Under the pieces are notes generated by a model. That model was not told where the DNA came from. It saw only the letters and a list, made by a program, of their open reading frames with translations, and did no database searches. DNA of 64,000 bases. Source: Felis catus. Its lineage: Eukaryota. Positions 61,081 through 64,000 of the stretch are shown piece after piece (position 1 is the first letter of the stretch; every line of letters starts with the position of its first letter). A program made the translations under genes and the position numbers. The DNA lies in the NCBI RefSeq assembly GCF_018350175.1, contig NC_058368.1, positions 69,876,001 through 69,940,000 on the forward strand, written 5' to 3'.

Positions 61081-64000
61081 TAGAGAGACAGCCGTCATGA
61101 TTGCCTGGCTTTGTGAGGCTGCCTCTTGCAGATGCCAACAATGGCTCTGAGGCAACCTCATGGCTGGCCTGGCCCAGGGGCTCCTCCTCCCCTGGTCATA
61201 CTGAGGCCAGAAGCCACTAGGGAGGCGCAGGAGGCAGTGATGTTGTGCAGACCAGGACCAGGAGGCTAGGAACTCGAGTGCACTGTGTCGGGTGACACCC
61301 AAGGCTGGACAGGGATGGTCTGCAGCTAAGGAAGTCTTATGTGCTGGTAGTGATAGTGATATCAAAGTCCAGGGACAAGTGCAGGACTCAAACATCGAGA
61401 ACGTCTTACAAACAACGGCAGATTGGGATTGCGACGCTGAGGAATGGGGAGGCCACCCCCAAAACTGATCCTTGAGCAGAAGGACTCGATATTCTGCATG
61501 CTTTACACTCTGGGTGTGAAGGCAGCAGAAAGGTGGGCATTGTCCTGTGGTCGCAGGGGAACATGTCATACTGAAGGGAGACTCAGGAGACCATGGTGCT
61601 CTGCTCCTGACTAGGGCTGAGACAGAGGGGCTCGGAGTCCCAGGAAGCAACTCTGGCAGAGACATGTGAAAAACCCCATGTGATGGACATATGCCTGTTG
61701 CCATGGAAACCCTAAAAAGAATTCCTTGGAGGTTGCAAGACATTGATCTTGAGAAACCGTTTTGGTAGCAGAGTCTGACGTGGATGGCTTTTGCACAGTA
61801 TAGGCGATTAACACTCAGGTCTCTTTCGGGTCGATCTAGAACTGGCCACTGCTTTGTATCTGCTGGTCCTGTCCCAACCCCAGACGTCACCTTCATTCAC
61901 TTGGAAATTGCACTGTGTTCTTTTACAGAATGATTAAGAGCAAGTGAGGTGGCAAAGCTGAGGTCAGGAATGGTTAACGGTTTCCCTGTGGTACACGGCG
62001 AAGCGCCCGCAGAGCCTGAGTCTCTCCCAGGCTCTTCCATTAATCATTCAGGCTCCCTTTGACATTTCCAGACCAAATGAGGACACGCTGCCTTAAATGA
62101 AGAACGAATATGACCTAGCCTAGGAGTTATTTTTTTTTCTTAACAGAAAGCTACACTGCCTCATTACAATAAAAAAGCCATTTTCCACTAACCGCCCATT
62201 AGTTGGTAACTCATTTCTATCAGAGCATCTTAATATCATTAGACCGGCAGGTGCTCCAAAGGTGCTGGTATCCAGGTCAGAGGAGGCTCCTCCTTTGGAG
62301 CGAGAGAATCCCAGGATCCAAGTGCTTACCATTCTCCAGGGGTCACACATATTCCTTTGGTCTCTCCCCTCTGTCTTCTTCCTGATGGAGTTTCAATTCC
62401 ATCGCAAACTGTATTGGTGAAAATAAGGTTCGGTGATAGATAGGAAGCATTAGGATGCATAAGCACAAGGATGGAACAGGAAGTGAAAGAATCCCAGTGT
62501 GGAGACTGACAGTTACAAATGAGCAAGACTGAGAAACTCTCCCAGGGCGGATAATAGTTCCAACATTGTGCTTGTACTAAGTGGGGCTTGGCACAGAATG
62601 AGAGAGATGGGGAGTTTGATAATAATGCTCAACACGTCTCCTAGGAGGGATTTTTGAAAGCATTTCTCTCCTAACTCACAAAAGGTCTGCACAGTGGATT
62701 TCAGTGCATTTGCCGGGCTGAGGATTCACACGGGTGTCATTTTGAGAACGTTCTCAGACCAAGCAGATGTTACTGCTGTCACCGGTCAACTGGGACAGCC
62801 CTCAATCCATTTTTTGGCTACATTTTGAAGAAGATGAAATCTGAACATGACCATTTTACGCAGTGGTGTCAGCCACATAGATGCTTGCTGGTGTTGCTTT
62901 GTCCTCGTCTTTGTTTTCACCCGGTGCCTCAATTCTGGAAGGCCTACGGGATTTTTGAGGACAATAACAAAAACACACAAAAGATGAACAATACTGGAGT
63001 TAGCAAGGACGTCTGGCCCAATCCAATCTCTGATAGGTTCAGACGTTTGGGGGCCTGGTCTCATATGTTTATAATCCCTGTAGTATCCCACACGGCTGAG
63101 TTAACACTCTCTCAGAAGGTGGGAGAATCACTTTTAGTGAAACAGGAGTCTTTCTCCGAAGGCTTTAGCATAAAGGATGAAGGCAAGGGACATCTCCTCT
63201 GGATATTTTCATGGAAAGTTATTCCATTTCATGAAGGAAGAGCTGGAGAAAGTGCATGAAACTCTATCCCTTGGGGTCTGAGTCACTGTTTTCTGTTGGG
63301 AAGCTGACTCAGTCTTTGTCTGAGGTGGAGGTTGGGGTGGGAGAAAAGAGGCTGCCTGAGTTTTGTATCTGATCATCCCTATCAGCTGTCATCACATAAC
63401 CCCAAGAGGTTGCCACGCAGTCGTGCTGATTCCGTCGGGGTCTTCCAGAATGGTTTCCTGTTTCCAGCCCATGCTGCCTCTTGCCACACTGCCCACGTCT
63501 CTGCCCGTATGACCTCCTGCTTGCCTCCCAAAGGAGACAGGCCAGAGGGTCACTTCCCATGAAGCTCCACAATACCCCCAGGTCTGATGCCTGGGTAACT
63601 GGAGTGTCTGTGTGGGGGAGGCGCTTCCAGAACACGTGGTAACCACCTCAGACTCCTGTCCGATCCTCTCCCCCTTGGGGAGGGCAGGCTGGGATGAGGC
63701 GGCAGGCCTGTCAGGTAAGGCAATGTAAGGATTCTGGAAGGACGACGGCTTTCCTACTTCATGCTGGCACAAGGCATGGCATCTTTCACAAGCCTCTGCC
63801 TATCCTAAAAAGCATCTCTGGCCTCCTGGACATGTCACACAGACTCACCTTGGCAAGAGGGGAGGACATTGCCCTGTCACTCTCCCACCCATCCCCCAGC
63901 CTGGACAGCACCTTCTCTCTTCCAAGACAAAAGAAGGTGGTCTTACCTCCGGGGAAATAAATGAAGACCAACCAAATGCGACAAGCAGAGGCTGCTTATT

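Noticed and set aside
61215..61229. CTCF-like CCACTAGGGAGGCGC
   Set aside because: An extra base breaks the core spacing.
61036..61896. 286-aa minus-strand ORF
   Set aside because: Non-ATG start, no recognisable domain, ends in a MER5A relic, no exon-like boundaries identified.
62825..63259. 144-aa plus ORF in unique DNA; possible neighbouring gene such as SLC15A1
   Set aside because: No resemblance to any protein I recognise; no exons of the expected syntenic neighbour found in the window.

Overview
Mammalian genomic DNA, almost certainly a felid: about 60 tRNA-derived carnivore SINEs are present, including young cat-type SINEC_Fc copies. The only protein-coding sequence I can support is the first coding exon of STK24 (MST3, isoform a; MAHSPVQSGLPGMQ) on the minus strand at 11621-11662, inside a CpG island (~10900-12650). 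Positions 1-11620 are STK24 intron 1. Positions ~12100-64000 are upstream intergenic DNA made largely of transposon relics (Can-SINE, HAL1, L1, L2, L3/CR1, MIR, MaLR/ERV LTRs, hAT MITEs) and microsatellites. Nearly all entries in the ORF track are artefacts of SINEs, microsatellites or GC-richness. I found no convincing new biological system. The best leads are: (1) an in-frame uORF in the STK24 leader separated from the main ORF by a single UGA; (2) splice signals for a divergent antisense transcript; (3) a colinear, 5'-retaining L3/CR1 fossil in a SINE-poor block; (4) a chimeric SINE; (5) several template-switch scars; (6) a few motif-rich enhancer candidates. Repeat family names come from recalled consensus sequences, not from a search, and repeat boundaries are approximate.
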